From positions 1 through 30,167 of the IMG/VR virus record IMGVR_UViG_3300049166_000020: DNA of 30,167 bases; one strand, written 5' to 3'. Each line of letters opens with the position of its first letter. Position 1 is the first letter of the stretch. Both the position numbers and the translations under genes were made by a program. Below are positions 16,247 to 24,536 of the stretch, piece by piece. The notes beneath the pieces are model-generated. The model made no database searches, had not been told where the DNA came from, and saw nothing but the letters and a program-made list of their open reading frames with translations. The DNA comes from a virus. Taxonomy: Duplodnaviria; Caudoviricetes.

Positions 16247-16438
16247 TCAGGGGGACGGCTCGTTGTGTTCGCAGCCGTCGGTGGTGCAGACCGTGAAGGT
16301 CCCGATGGTGGTGACGCCGTCGGTGTGCAGCCACACCAGGTCCGCGCGCACGAGCGCGGGCAGGTGGCAGGTGGTGCACAGCTCGTCGGCGGGGGCGATG
16401 TCGCCGACCTCGACGCGCAGGCTCGTGGCGCGGGCCAC
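16247..16438 (-). CDS. Small putative Zn-binding protein (CTTC...CTTDGC)
   Basis: GTG start 2 nt after the major tail stop; two Cys pairs. Confidence 0.55.
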   Translation of the reverse strand: MARATSLRVEVGDIAPADELCTTCHLPALVRADLVWLHTDGVTTIGTFTVCTTDGCEHNEPSP

Positions 16439-16440
16439 CT

Positions 16441-17088
16441 TCAGAACCCCATGGCGGACAGGAGGGACTCCCACCCGGGGCCGCCGAAGAAGAACCGCTC
16501 GCTGTAGCCCACGGATGAGTCCATGTAGGCGGTGAGGGTGACCGGCCAGCCCAGCGCCGAGTCGTCGTTGGACTGAAACGCCTGGTCGTCCTTGTCGGTG
16601 ACCGACGCCCTGGGGAGGAAGCGGGCGATGTAGATTTCGCCCGCGTCGGCCAGGTCCACACCGATGGTCAGCACCCGCCAGAAGCGCAGCGGGGGCCGGT
16701 CGGGCTTCGACACGGCGACCTCGCCGGAGGTCGGGTCAGGGACGACGGCGGTCATGTCCGCGCCCGTGTACAGGCCGATCGTCTGCTTGTTGGTCTCCTG
16801 GAGGCCGACCTGCAGGGTGGTGACGTCGGAGGTGATGTCGCGCCGTGTGGGTTCGACCGCACCCCACGAGGTGATGTCGCTCGAGCTGACGTCGGCGGCG
16901 AACTGCGGCCCGTCGTCCGACATCCAGCCCAGGTCGTTGTATCCGGCCGGGAGCGCGTTGAGGCTCTTGTCCGACCCGGTCAGGGACGCGATGGCGCTGG
17001 ACGTGGTCGGCGCGATGAACGTGCTGCCCTCGAGCGCCTTCCTGATCAGCTGGTTCTGGTGGTTACGGAGGGACTCCCATGCAGGCAT
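16441..17088 (-). CDS. Major tail (tube) protein
   Basis: LIRKALEGS, LGWMSDDG, SWGAVEPTRRDI and FFGGPGW motifs of actinophage tail tube proteins; GAGGAG RBS. Confidence 0.9.
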   Translation of the reverse strand: MPAWESLRNHQNQLIRKALEGSTFIAPTTSSAIASLTGSDKSLNALPAGYNDLGWMSDDGPQFAADVSSSDITSWGAVEPTRRDITSDVTTLQVGLQETNKQTIGLYTGADMTAVVPDPTSGEVAVSKPDRPPLRFWRVLTIGVDLADAGEIYIARFLPRASVTDKDDQAFQSNDDSALGWPVTLTAYMDSSVGYSERFFFGGPGWESLLSAMGF

Positions 17089-17095
17089 AGCCCGG

Positions 17096-17140
17096 CTCCT
17101 CTCGTGCGATTCCACGTGGAAGCCCCGCAGGTAGCGGGGC
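17096..17140 (-). promoter_or_regulatory. Conserved leader element upstream of the major tail gene
   Basis: GCCCCGC-TACCT-GCGGGGC hairpin then CGCACGAGAGGAG; same arrangement upstream of the capsid gene. Confidence 0.65.
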
Positions 17141-17154
17141 GGGCCGGGCGGGCC

Positions 17155-17532
17155 TTAGCGGCGGGTGCTCACGCGGTACGTGGCGAGCACCCGACAGAGG
17201 GTCTGATCGGGGTGGGGGGCGCGGCGCGGTCCGAGCTCGGTGCGGGCCCGGTCGATCAGGCCGACCCCGGGCACGCGGGTCGGGCCGGAGATGAGCCGCT
17301 GCTGGACAGCGCGCGCGAGGTCCCACGCCTGCTTGCGGGTGCGGCCGAAGCAGTCGACGTCGGCGCGGGAGGTGTCGGTGCGCCGGTCGTCGGATCCGCC
17401 GATGCGGGTGACCCGGATGAAGGGGAGGCGGTCCTGCAGGTCGTCGGGGGTCTCCGACCCGGTCTCCGCGAGGTCGGCGAGCGCCTCGCTCAGCAGGTCC
17501 TCCACGTCCGGGAACGGAGGCAGGTCGGCCAT
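17155..17532 (-). CDS. Tail terminator / tail completion protein
   Basis: FPDVEDLL, LPFIRVTRIGGSDD, DVDCFG; immediately upstream of the major tail gene. Confidence 0.85.
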   Translation of the reverse strand: MADLPPFPDVEDLLSEALADLAETGSETPDDLQDRLPFIRVTRIGGSDDRRTDTSRADVDCFGRTRKQAWDLARAVQQRLISGPTRVPGVGLIDRARTELGPRRAPHPDQTLCRVLATYRVSTRR

Positions 17533-17549
17533 GGGGCATCTCCGTCCGC

Positions 17550-17562
17550 TACGGTGCGGTCA
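17550..17562 (+). promoter_or_regulatory. Putative -10 (TACGGT) for a leaderless transcript of the moron
   Basis: TANNNT hexamer 6 nt before ATG 17562; no Shine-Dalgarno present. Confidence 0.45.
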
Positions 17563-18092
17563 TGATGAGTACGTGGCCGTGGTGGGGGGTGCTGCTCCGA
17601 GACCTAGGACTGGTCCTGGGCGGAGCCGGAGTCGCCTTGCTCGCGCAGTGGTTGATCCACTGGGCGACGAGTAGGCGGGAGAAGGAAGCCGAGCGCAGGG
17701 AGCGCGCACGCGCACGTGCGGAGTTTCAACAGGAGAACCTGGTAGCTGCTCAGCTGGCGGCCGAGGAGTTCTACCACGCCGTGGTGCTGTTCACCGCAAA
17801 GCATTCCAATCTCGACACCAGCGCACTTGGTCTTGCCGCTTTGGACATGGACGAAGTGCACCTACGGCTGCGGCTCGCCTTGGCCCGGATCGAAGACCAG
17901 GAGCTTGTCGTGAAGGTCGACACGTGGCGCAAGGAGTACTTCGCCGAGATGACACGCTCCGGCGGCCAAGCAGTATGGCCCAGCGAGGTTGTTTCCAGTG
18001 CCCGCGACAAGCTCACCGACATTTCGCAACAACTCGGAGCGAAGGCCCGTGAGGCCCTCAGTGACGCGAACATCAACCGCCTGCTTCCCTGA
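17562..18092 (+). CDS. Antisense moron: N-terminal TM plus helical domain, unknown function
   Basis: Only plus-strand gene in the late operon; lower GC (61 of 100 bases at 17801-17900); hydrophobic N-terminus followed by a charged coiled segment. Confidence 0.8.
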   Translation: MMSTWPWWGVLLRDLGLVLGGAGVALLAQWLIHWATSRREKEAERRERARARAEFQQENLVAAQLAAEEFYHAVVLFTAKHSNLDTSALGLAALDMDEVHLRLRLALARIEDQELVVKVDTWRKEYFAEMTRSGGQAVWPSEVVSSARDKLTDISQQLGAKAREALSDANINRLLP

Positions 18093-18158
18093 CCAGGCAC
18101 TCCGAAGGGTCACAGACTGTGCACTGGCCAGAGCGGGAATGCCCGAAGTGAGCCCAGG

Positions 18159-18482
18159 TCAGCCGCGAACCCTGCGGAGCTCCACTTCGGTGTGGTGGGG
18201 TCGGCCGCGCTCGTCGGGCCACCGGCCCGGAGCCCCCTCGACCTGGTAGAGGTCGCCGCGCCAGCGCACCTGGTCGGTGTCGGTGATGTCGGCGGCGGGC
18301 GGGCCGATCGCGATCCACTCGGCGGTGACGGTGTTGCCGCCGTCGGTGTCCTCCGTGGTGGCCCCGGGCTGGACGTCCCACCCGCTGATGGGTGTCTCGG
18401 TGGGGTCCTCGGGGAGGGGGTCGCCGTGCCGGTCGGTGCCGGGCCCGCGCACCACTGTCAGGACCTCCCTGCCGAACCTCAT
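18159..18482 (-). CDS. Head closure / stopper protein
   Basis: DRHGDP, VQPG, D.VRWRGDLYQVEG.P..W, HHTEVEL...G motifs. Confidence 0.85.
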   Translation of the reverse strand: MRFGREVLTVVRGPGTDRHGDPLPEDPTETPISGWDVQPGATTEDTDGGNTVTAEWIAIGPPAADITDTDQVRWRGDLYQVEGAPGRWPDERGRPHHTEVELRRVRG

Positions 18483-19048
18483 GCGAGGCCGCCGTCGGGG
18501 AGCCGCCAGACGTCAAGTCGGCGGTCGTCGATGGGGCCGACCAGGGTGCGGATGTCGGCGTAGCTGACGGCCACCTTGTTGACGGTCCGCGACTTGAGGA
18601 CGCCGGCCGGGTTGTCGGCGACGCGGCCGACCGCGTCGAAGACGACCGCCTTGATCACGCCGGGAATGGCGTCGGCCGGGTACCCGTGGGTGTAGGTGAC
18701 GGTGATGCCCTGCAGTCGCCGCGTCCACCGGACCGGGATCGCGCCCTCCACCCGTTTGATGACGCCGTGCCGGTACCGCAGGTACCGGGAGGGGTCGAGC
18801 AGACGTCCGTTCTCGATCACCGACGCCACAGAGGTCAGGTGCAGGGTCGGCAGCAGCAGCTCGGTTACCCCGGTCCCGTCGACGACCGCCTCGACGTCGG
18901 TCTCCTGGGTGATGGACCATCCCACCGTGCTGCGGATCTCGTCGGCGATGACGGCCAGGAGGAGGACGAGGCGGTCTTCGTCCAGGCTCTCGTCGTCGAG
19001 GAAGGTCCGCACCTCGTCGGGGGTCGCAAACGCGGGAGCGGTTGCCAT
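18479..19048 (-). CDS. Head-tail adaptor
   Basis: FATPDEV, DGTG...LLLPT, ITVTYTHGY..IP; position after the capsid genes. Confidence 0.85.
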   Translation of the reverse strand: MATAPAFATPDEVRTFLDDESLDEDRLVLLLAVIADEIRSTVGWSITQETDVEAVVDGTGVTELLLPTLHLTSVASVIENGRLLDPSRYLRYRHGVIKRVEGAIPVRWTRRLQGITVTYTHGYPADAIPGVIKAVVFDAVGRVADNPAGVLKSRTVNKVAVSYADIRTLVGPIDDRRLDVWRLPDGGLA

Positions 19049-19049
19049 G

Positions 19050-19418
19050 TCAGAGGAGGGTTCCGGTGAGGGCGAAGTCGAACGCGGCGTCGGTGCCCTC
19101 GGTGTCCCACTGGGCGCGCACGTACCGGTCCAGGGGACCGAACGCCTTGTGCTGCGCCCCGCTCCCGGTAGCGGCGGCGAACGACGCGACCGTGGCCCAC
19201 CCGCCGGTGCCGGTGCGGGACGTCTGCACGGCGACGGTCAGGGACGGGGTGGTGCCGGAGGCGGCCGTCACGGTGAGGGTGAGGCGGGCGGTCGCCGCCG
19301 CGCCGACCTCGACGGCGGCGGTCTGCCCGGCGTCGGTCACCCCGGTCTGGGGTGTACCCATCGCGCCGATGCCTTCGGAGTGCACCCAGGTCCCGTCGGG
19401 CTCGACGTAGCCGCTCAT
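19050..19418 (-). CDS. Hypothetical virion protein (beta-rich, possible head decoration)
   Basis: TAASGTTPSLTVAVQTS...W...RYVRA.W; lies in the head module. Confidence 0.7.
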   Translation of the reverse strand: MSGYVEPDGTWVHSEGIGAMGTPQTGVTDAGQTAAVEVGAAATARLTLTVTAASGTTPSLTVAVQTSRTGTGGWATVASFAAATGSGAQHKAFGPLDRYVRAQWDTEGTDAAFDFALTGTLL

Positions 19419-19420
19419 GA

Positions 19421-19735
19421 TCAGCCGCCCTTCGTGGTGCTCTTAGCGCCGTCCTTGTCGGCGGCCTTGTTCTCCGGGGCGCCGGCCGCGGCCTTGGTGG
19501 TGCGGGTGGCGCCGGGCTTACCCGGGGTGCCCTCCGGGGCCTTGCTGGGCGCCGGGGTGCGCGCGGGCCGCTTGATGACCCGGCCGTGGGCGTCCAGCTC
19601 GACAGCCCGACCCTGCTTGACCAGGTCAGCGGCCGTCTTGTCGTCCTCCAGGTAGTACTCGTGGTGGGCGTCCAGGCTGACGACCTTGCCGCCCTTGACC
19701 TTGATGCGGACAGGTTCCGTGACGCGGATCCTCAC
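19421..19735 (-). CDS. Small hypothetical protein following the capsid gene
   Basis: GAGGAGG RBS; APENKA motif typical of post-capsid genes. Confidence 0.7.
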   Translation of the reverse strand: MRIRVTEPVRIKVKGGKVVSLDAHHEYYLEDDKTAADLVKQGRAVELDAHGRVIKRPARTPAPSKAPEGTPGKPGATRTTKAAAGAPENKAADKDGAKSTTKGG

Positions 19736-19754
19736 AGCGACCTCCTCGGGGTCA

Positions 19755-19785
19755 GGTGGGGCACCCCTGAACGCGGGTGCCCCAC
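19755..19785 (-). terminator. Stem-loop after the major capsid gene
   Basis: GTGGGGCACCC...GGGTGCCCCAC inverted repeat. Confidence 0.6.
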
Positions 19786-19800
19786 CTCGGGGTTGCAGGG

Positions 19801-21063
19801 TCAGAGCTTGTACCAGGCGAACGCCTTGGGGCGGATGACGTCCCCGCCGACGCGGTGGCGGAACAGCAGCCCGATCTTGCCCTCCTCGGCGTACCGCTCG
19901 GTGAGACGGGTGACAGTGATCCGGCGGCGGTCCGCGATCATGTAGCCCTGCCGCAGGTCACCGAACATCACGCTTTTGTCGGTCCCCGCTCCGGCCCCGT
20001 CGACGGTGGCGGTGGTCGCGGGCAGCCCGTCGACGGTGTGGGCCCGGTACCCGAGCAGGGTGGCGGGCTCTTCCAGTGACAGGGACGGCTGCAGCAGGTA
20101 CCGGCCCTCGCTGTCCTTGAGGAGCGCGATCTTCTCCTCCGCGCTCGTGTGGTAGAGCCAGGCGGCGTTGGCCTTGCGCCGGAACTGCGCGGGGACCTGG
20201 AACACGATCCGCTTCAGCTCGTCGCCGGTGACGGTCTCCCCGACAGCGGAAGCCACACCCTGGGTGATGGTGGTGGCCTGCGCGAGCCCGCGCGGCCGAC
20301 CGGTGCCAGTCCCGTTGGCGAACGCGTCGTCCTCCTGCTCGGCGAGCTTGAGAGTGAGCGCCTGGGTGATGATCGTCTCCAAGTCATCGTCGGCGTCCTC
20401 CAGCTGGTCGATGCCGATCTTGACCAGGGCGTTGAGGTCGTGGACCTCGATGGTGTCCTTGTCGGCCGGGTCCTCGGGCAGACCGTCGGCAGCGGTGGTG
20501 CCGGTCTCCAGCTTGCCCCACCCGGCGGAGGCCACCGTGATGACGCCGATGTCGAGCTTGCTGGAGGTGGTGGGCTGCACTGACGCCAGGGAGCGGATGA
20601 CTCCCTCACGGGGCAGCTCGCGCACGATGGTGCCCACCCAGTCCGGGGGCACGAGGACCTGCCCGTCGGCGTCCTCCACCAGGTCCGCCTTGCGCTCGTG
20701 GCCCATGTGCTGGCCCTTGCGGACGAACTCCAGGAACGCCTTGGCCTTGGCCTGCTTGCGCTGGCCGTCGGTGGTGTAGATGCCGCCGATCTGGTCGACG
20801 GACAGCCCTCCGGAGCCCGCGTTGCCGCCGTTGCCGTCGGCGCTCATGTCGTGCTTGTACTGCGGCGTCGTCAGGTAGTTGTCCAGGTCGGTGAGCTTGG
20901 CCTCACGCTCGACCTGGGCCTTGGCCTTGGACGCCTCGCCCAGCAGGGCATCCATCTTCTGGGCGACCTCAGCGGGCATCGCCGCCTTGTCGGGGAACTC
21001 GTCGTTGAGTGCGCGCGCGGCCTCGATGCACTGCGCGGCACGCACCAGCAGCGGGTGAGCCAT
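19801..21063 (-). CDS. Major capsid protein, HK97 fold, with N-terminal delta/scaffold domain
   Basis: Start at ATG 21063 (AAAGGAGG). GQVLVP, EDDAFANGTG..RPRG, LKDSEGRYL, FGDL..GY.IADR, RVGGDVIRPKAF. Confidence 0.95.
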   Translation of the reverse strand: MAHPLLVRAAQCIEAARALNDEFPDKAAMPAEVAQKMDALLGEASKAKAQVEREAKLTDLDNYLTTPQYKHDMSADGNGGNAGSGGLSVDQIGGIYTTDGQRKQAKAKAFLEFVRKGQHMGHERKADLVEDADGQVLVPPDWVGTIVRELPREGVIRSLASVQPTTSSKLDIGVITVASAGWGKLETGTTAADGLPEDPADKDTIEVHDLNALVKIGIDQLEDADDDLETIITQALTLKLAEQEDDAFANGTGTGRPRGLAQATTITQGVASAVGETVTGDELKRIVFQVPAQFRRKANAAWLYHTSAEEKIALLKDSEGRYLLQPSLSLEEPATLLGYRAHTVDGLPATTATVDGAGAGTDKSVMFGDLRQGYMIADRRRITVTRLTERYAEEGKIGLLFRHRVGGDVIRPKAFAWYKL

Positions 21064-21071
21064 GGCCCGCC

Positions 21072-21124
21072 CTCCTTTCGTGCGCACACGAGACAGGGTC
21101 CGCAGGTAGCGGACCCCTCGTGTG
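21072..21124 (-). promoter_or_regulatory. Conserved leader element upstream of the capsid gene
   Basis: GGGTCCGC-TACCT-GCGGACCC hairpin (extended by CACACGAG/CTCGTGTG) then CGCACGAAAGGAG. Confidence 0.65.
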
Positions 21125-21134
21125 TCGTGTTCGG

Positions 21135-22052
21135 TTACCGGTCTCCGCGCAGGGCGGCCAGCTCGTCGGCCAGCTCCTCCGCGCGGGTGTGGCGCTGGAG
21201 GAAGGTGTCCAGCGCGTCCAGGCGCGCGTCGACGCCCGCGAGCTTCACGGGGTCGGCCGTCGCGTCCGGGTCCCGGCCTGCGAGCACGGCGTCCGCCTTG
21301 TGCATGAGGAGCGTGAGCGAGCCCGGACCGGTGTCCTTGCTCGACTCGGCGCCCCCTCCTGCCCCGGCGTCGGTGTCCAGGTGGGATGTGGTGGTCTTGG
21401 TGGCGACGGTGCCCGGCGCGTCGCCGGGTTCGTCGGCGCTGTCGCCGGGGGTGAGGGCCCCGGCGGGGTTGGGGTTCTGCGCACCCCAGGAAGCGATCAG
21501 GGCCTTGAGTTCGACCTCGTCGCCCCCGGCGGCGACCGCCCCGGCCACGACCGTGTCGATGGCTTCGGCGACCGCGCTCTTGACGGTCTGAATGACGGCC
21601 TGGGGGTTGGCGGGGAACACCACCGCCGACACCTCCCACAGGCGCACGTCCTCCAGGACGCGGATGCGGTTCTGGCCCCGGGTCTCATACCGCCACTGCA
21701 GCGGCTCGTACCCGATGCTCATCTTGCGGACGTGGCCGTCGATCATCTTCTGCCGGATGGCCTGGGAGTCCGCGTCGGTGGCGAACCGCACCTTGATCTT
21801 GAGGCCCCGGTTGTCCTCCTCCGCCTCGGTCAGGGTGCCGATGACGTTGCGGACCGAGGCGACGTGGTCGGCGAGGTAGGGCACCTCGCCCTTGACCACA
21901 CGCGGAAGGGAGTTCTTGAAGGCCCCCTTCTGCATCGTGTCGTACTGCAGGTCGACGTTGCCGAAGGTGCTGGCGTAGCCGGTCAGGGTGTTCTCGTCCT
22001 CGGTGTCGGTGGCCTTCCATTCGACCGGCACGACGAGCGTCTGTCGGGTCAT
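21135..22052 (-). CDS. HK97-family prohead protease
   Basis: GYASTFGNVD, GAF, MSIGY, LWEVSAVVFPANPQA. Confidence 0.95.
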   Translation of the reverse strand: MTRQTLVVPVEWKATDTEDENTLTGYASTFGNVDLQYDTMQKGAFKNSLPRVVKGEVPYLADHVASVRNVIGTLTEAEEDNRGLKIKVRFATDADSQAIRQKMIDGHVRKMSIGYEPLQWRYETRGQNRIRVLEDVRLWEVSAVVFPANPQAVIQTVKSAVAEAIDTVVAGAVAAGGDEVELKALIASWGAQNPNPAGALTPGDSADEPGDAPGTVATKTTTSHLDTDAGAGGGAESSKDTGPGSLTLLMHKADAVLAGRDPDATADPVKLAGVDARLDALDTFLQRHTRAEELADELAALRGDR

Positions 22053-22059
22053 GGTCTCC

Positions 22060-22755
22060 TCACTCGGTGTCGATCTCCATGGAGCAGTTGCAGTTGGCGC
22101 GCTCTTCGGTGTCGAGCACGGAGTCGCCCGGCCACCTGGCCCTGTTGGAGAACAGGGCGTCGAGGGCGACGGTCTCGCCGTCCAGGCGGGCGTGGGTGGA
22201 CCTCGGGTTGGCCCCGGTCCGCCAGGTCTTCGTCATGTCGAGGCCGGTTTGCTGGGCGGCCTCGCGCACCCCGAACCCTTGGGCAGCGGTCACCTCGGTC
22301 TGGGCGATCTGCGGGGCGCGGCGGGTCAGGTAGCCGGTGAACAGGTTGGCGACGTCGTCGGCGGCCAGGCCGGCGGTCAGCGCGGTCGCCAGGTCGGCGC
22401 GGGTGGCGATGTTGATCCCGGCGGCGACAGCGGCGGCGTGCACCGTCAGCCAGCCGACCGTCATGTCGGCGTCGTAGTCCTCCTCCTCGAACCCGGCGAG
22501 CCCGGCCATGATCGAGGTCCCGGCGGCGGTCGCCGCTCCCATGGCGATGGAGAAGATCTCGGGGGTGAGCACCCGGTCCCACCGGGTCAGGGAGAACAGC
22601 TCGTCAACGCGGGCTTTGCGGGCTCCGGGCCGCCGGGCCGCCTTCGGGTCGGGCCAGTGGTCGACGACGGTCGTGCGCTGCAGCTCGAAGAAGGCGACCA
22701 TGCTGCGGGTGGCGTCGCGTAGGTGCCGGGCGGGGACCTTCGGTCGGGCGGCCAC
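22060..22755 (-). CDS. MuF/gp7-like minor head protein
   Basis: IAQTEV, KTW...NPRSTHARLDGETV...F.N...WPGD...ANCNC. Confidence 0.85.
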   Translation of the reverse strand: MAARPKVPARHLRDATRSMVAFFELQRTTVVDHWPDPKAARRPGARKARVDELFSLTRWDRVLTPEIFSIAMGAATAAGTSIMAGLAGFEEEDYDADMTVGWLTVHAAAVAAGINIATRADLATALTAGLAADDVANLFTGYLTRRAPQIAQTEVTAAQGFGVREAAQQTGLDMTKTWRTGANPRSTHARLDGETVALDALFSNRARWPGDSVLDTEERANCNCSMEIDTE

Positions 22756-22760
22756 TCAGC

Positions 22761-24149
22761 TCACCCCGGGGGGAGGGCTGCGAGCATCCGCGCCAGGTCG
22801 GCGTCGGACAGCGACGCCCCTTCGACGTCTGTGCCGCCGTCCTCCTCGGCGGTGTCCTCTTCCTCCTCGGGCTCCTCCTCGTCGGGGGTGTCCGGGGTGG
22901 GGTCGAGGATGCCGCCGCCGGTGGGGGTGCCGTCAGCAGTGGTAGGCACGACTCCGGCCGGGCGCAGGAACACGTCACCGCCGTCGACCAGGGGCATCCC
23001 GATGGTGCGCCGGAAGTCGTTGACGGTGATGGCTCCAGCCCGGAGCGCCGAGTTCGCGCGCTCCCAGATGGCCTGCTCCGACTCCTTGAGGGCGAGCACT
23101 TCGGACCGGTCCCAGCGCACCGCCACCCTGCGGGGGGTGGAGTAGGTGGCGTCGTTGATGACGGGCAGCAGAGCGCGGACGATCACGTCGCGGAAGCGGC
23201 GCTGCAGCGGGAAGATCGTCTCCTCCCAGAAGCTCGCCCTCGCCTCCTTGTAGTTCGCGAAGGTCGACCGGTCGAGGCCGACCTTGGCTCCGACCAGGAT
23301 CGGCGGCACGCCGAACACCGAGCAGATGCGCGCCTCAGCGATGGTGCGCAGGTCCGGGAACTCCAGCTTCTCCAGGTCCAGGCCGAGGACCTTGACGTCC
23401 ATGCCCTGCTGCAGCACAGCCGGTTCGCCGCGGCGACCGCCGCCGAACTTCTGCTTCCACTTCGTGACGAGCCGGTCGGCGACTCCCTCGTCGAGCTTCT
23501 GCTGGACGGTGATGACCGTCCCCGGAACCGCCCTGTTCTGCAGCAGGGCCTTGACGAAGTCCGTGGCCTCGTTGTCGAGGGCGACCGCGCGCAGAGCAGG
23601 GCGCAGGGGCGGCTGGCCGACGAGCGGGTCGATGGGGTTGGGCAGCCGGAACGCGATCACGTCCGTGCCCAGGTCGACGGTCCCGGCCGTGGTCCAGAAC
23701 CCGTACCGGACCTGCCCGTTGGGCTGGAGCCAGAACCGCACCAGGTCGGGGCGCAGGGGCCAGAGCTGCACGGGGCGGCCCGCCTGGTCGCGGACGACCT
23801 CCCAGAACGCGGTGCCCGCCAGGTAGAGGTGGATGACGGTCAGCTCGAACAGCTCGAACTCCGACAGGATCGGATTCGGGTCGGCCAACAGCGCTCGAAG
23901 CGGGTGGTTCTCCTTCGGCTCCCCCAGCCCGTCGGGGCCGTACACGCGCAGGGTCGCTTCCGGCATGGAAGTCGCCAGCTCCATGATGCAGGCGTAGACG
24001 AGTTCGTTGCGGCCGAACCCGTGGTTGGCGGCCGACAGGAACCCGGAGGCCGGGTAGAGCGCAGCCCCCGGGCCGAGGCTCAGGGTCGGCGCGAGACCGT
24101 CGGCCCCGGCCCCCGCCTTCGTCTCGGTGGGGCCGCTGAGCCACCCCAT
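22761..24149 (-). CDS. Portal protein (HK97 family)
   Basis: Start MGWLSG at 24149; VYACI, LWPLRPD, ICSVFGVPPILVG, ITVNDFR. Confidence 0.95.
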   Translation of the reverse strand: MGWLSGPTETKAGAGADGLAPTLSLGPGAALYPASGFLSAANHGFGRNELVYACIMELATSMPEATLRVYGPDGLGEPKENHPLRALLADPNPILSEFELFELTVIHLYLAGTAFWEVVRDQAGRPVQLWPLRPDLVRFWLQPNGQVRYGFWTTAGTVDLGTDVIAFRLPNPIDPLVGQPPLRPALRAVALDNEATDFVKALLQNRAVPGTVITVQQKLDEGVADRLVTKWKQKFGGGRRGEPAVLQQGMDVKVLGLDLEKLEFPDLRTIAEARICSVFGVPPILVGAKVGLDRSTFANYKEARASFWEETIFPLQRRFRDVIVRALLPVINDATYSTPRRVAVRWDRSEVLALKESEQAIWERANSALRAGAITVNDFRRTIGMPLVDGGDVFLRPAGVVPTTADGTPTGGGILDPTPDTPDEEEPEEEEDTAEEDGGTDVEGASLSDADLARMLAALPPG

Positions 24150-24526
24150 CAGGCACCCCACCCGGTGAGGAGGGACAGGCCCGCCAGTTCCGCCCCGGCA
24201 GTCACCGCGCCCGCGCCCGCGCCGACGGCCACACCGACGGCCGCGCCTGCGAGCACCCCGACCCCCAAGGGCAGCAGCAGCGCGCCGACGACCATCGTCG
24301 TGACGGCGATCGTCCGGCGCGGCACAGCGCGGGCCCGCGCCCAGGAGCCGCGCACGGCCGCGGCGGCGCCGGCCGCTCGTTCGCGCAGCGCGTCGGCGCG
24401 CAGCTCCCCGGACCCGGTGGGGGCGAGCAGCCACACCAGGACCCCGAGGGTGAGCAGTGCCCACCCGGGGCCGGTGAGGATCCAGACCCCGGCGGCCAGG
24501 CAGGCGGTGGCGGCCCATCGGTGCAT
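24149..24526 (-). CDS. Membrane protein between terminase and portal
   Basis: Several hydrophobic segments; GAGGAG RBS; stop overlaps the portal start. Confidence 0.7.
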   Translation of the reverse strand: MHRWAATACLAAGVWILTGPGWALLTLGVLVWLLAPTGSGELRADALRERAAGAAAAVRGSWARARAVPRRTIAVTTMVVGALLLPLGVGVLAGAAVGVAVGAGAGAVTAGAELAGLSLLTGWGA

Positions 24527-24536
24527 CGCGTGCTCC

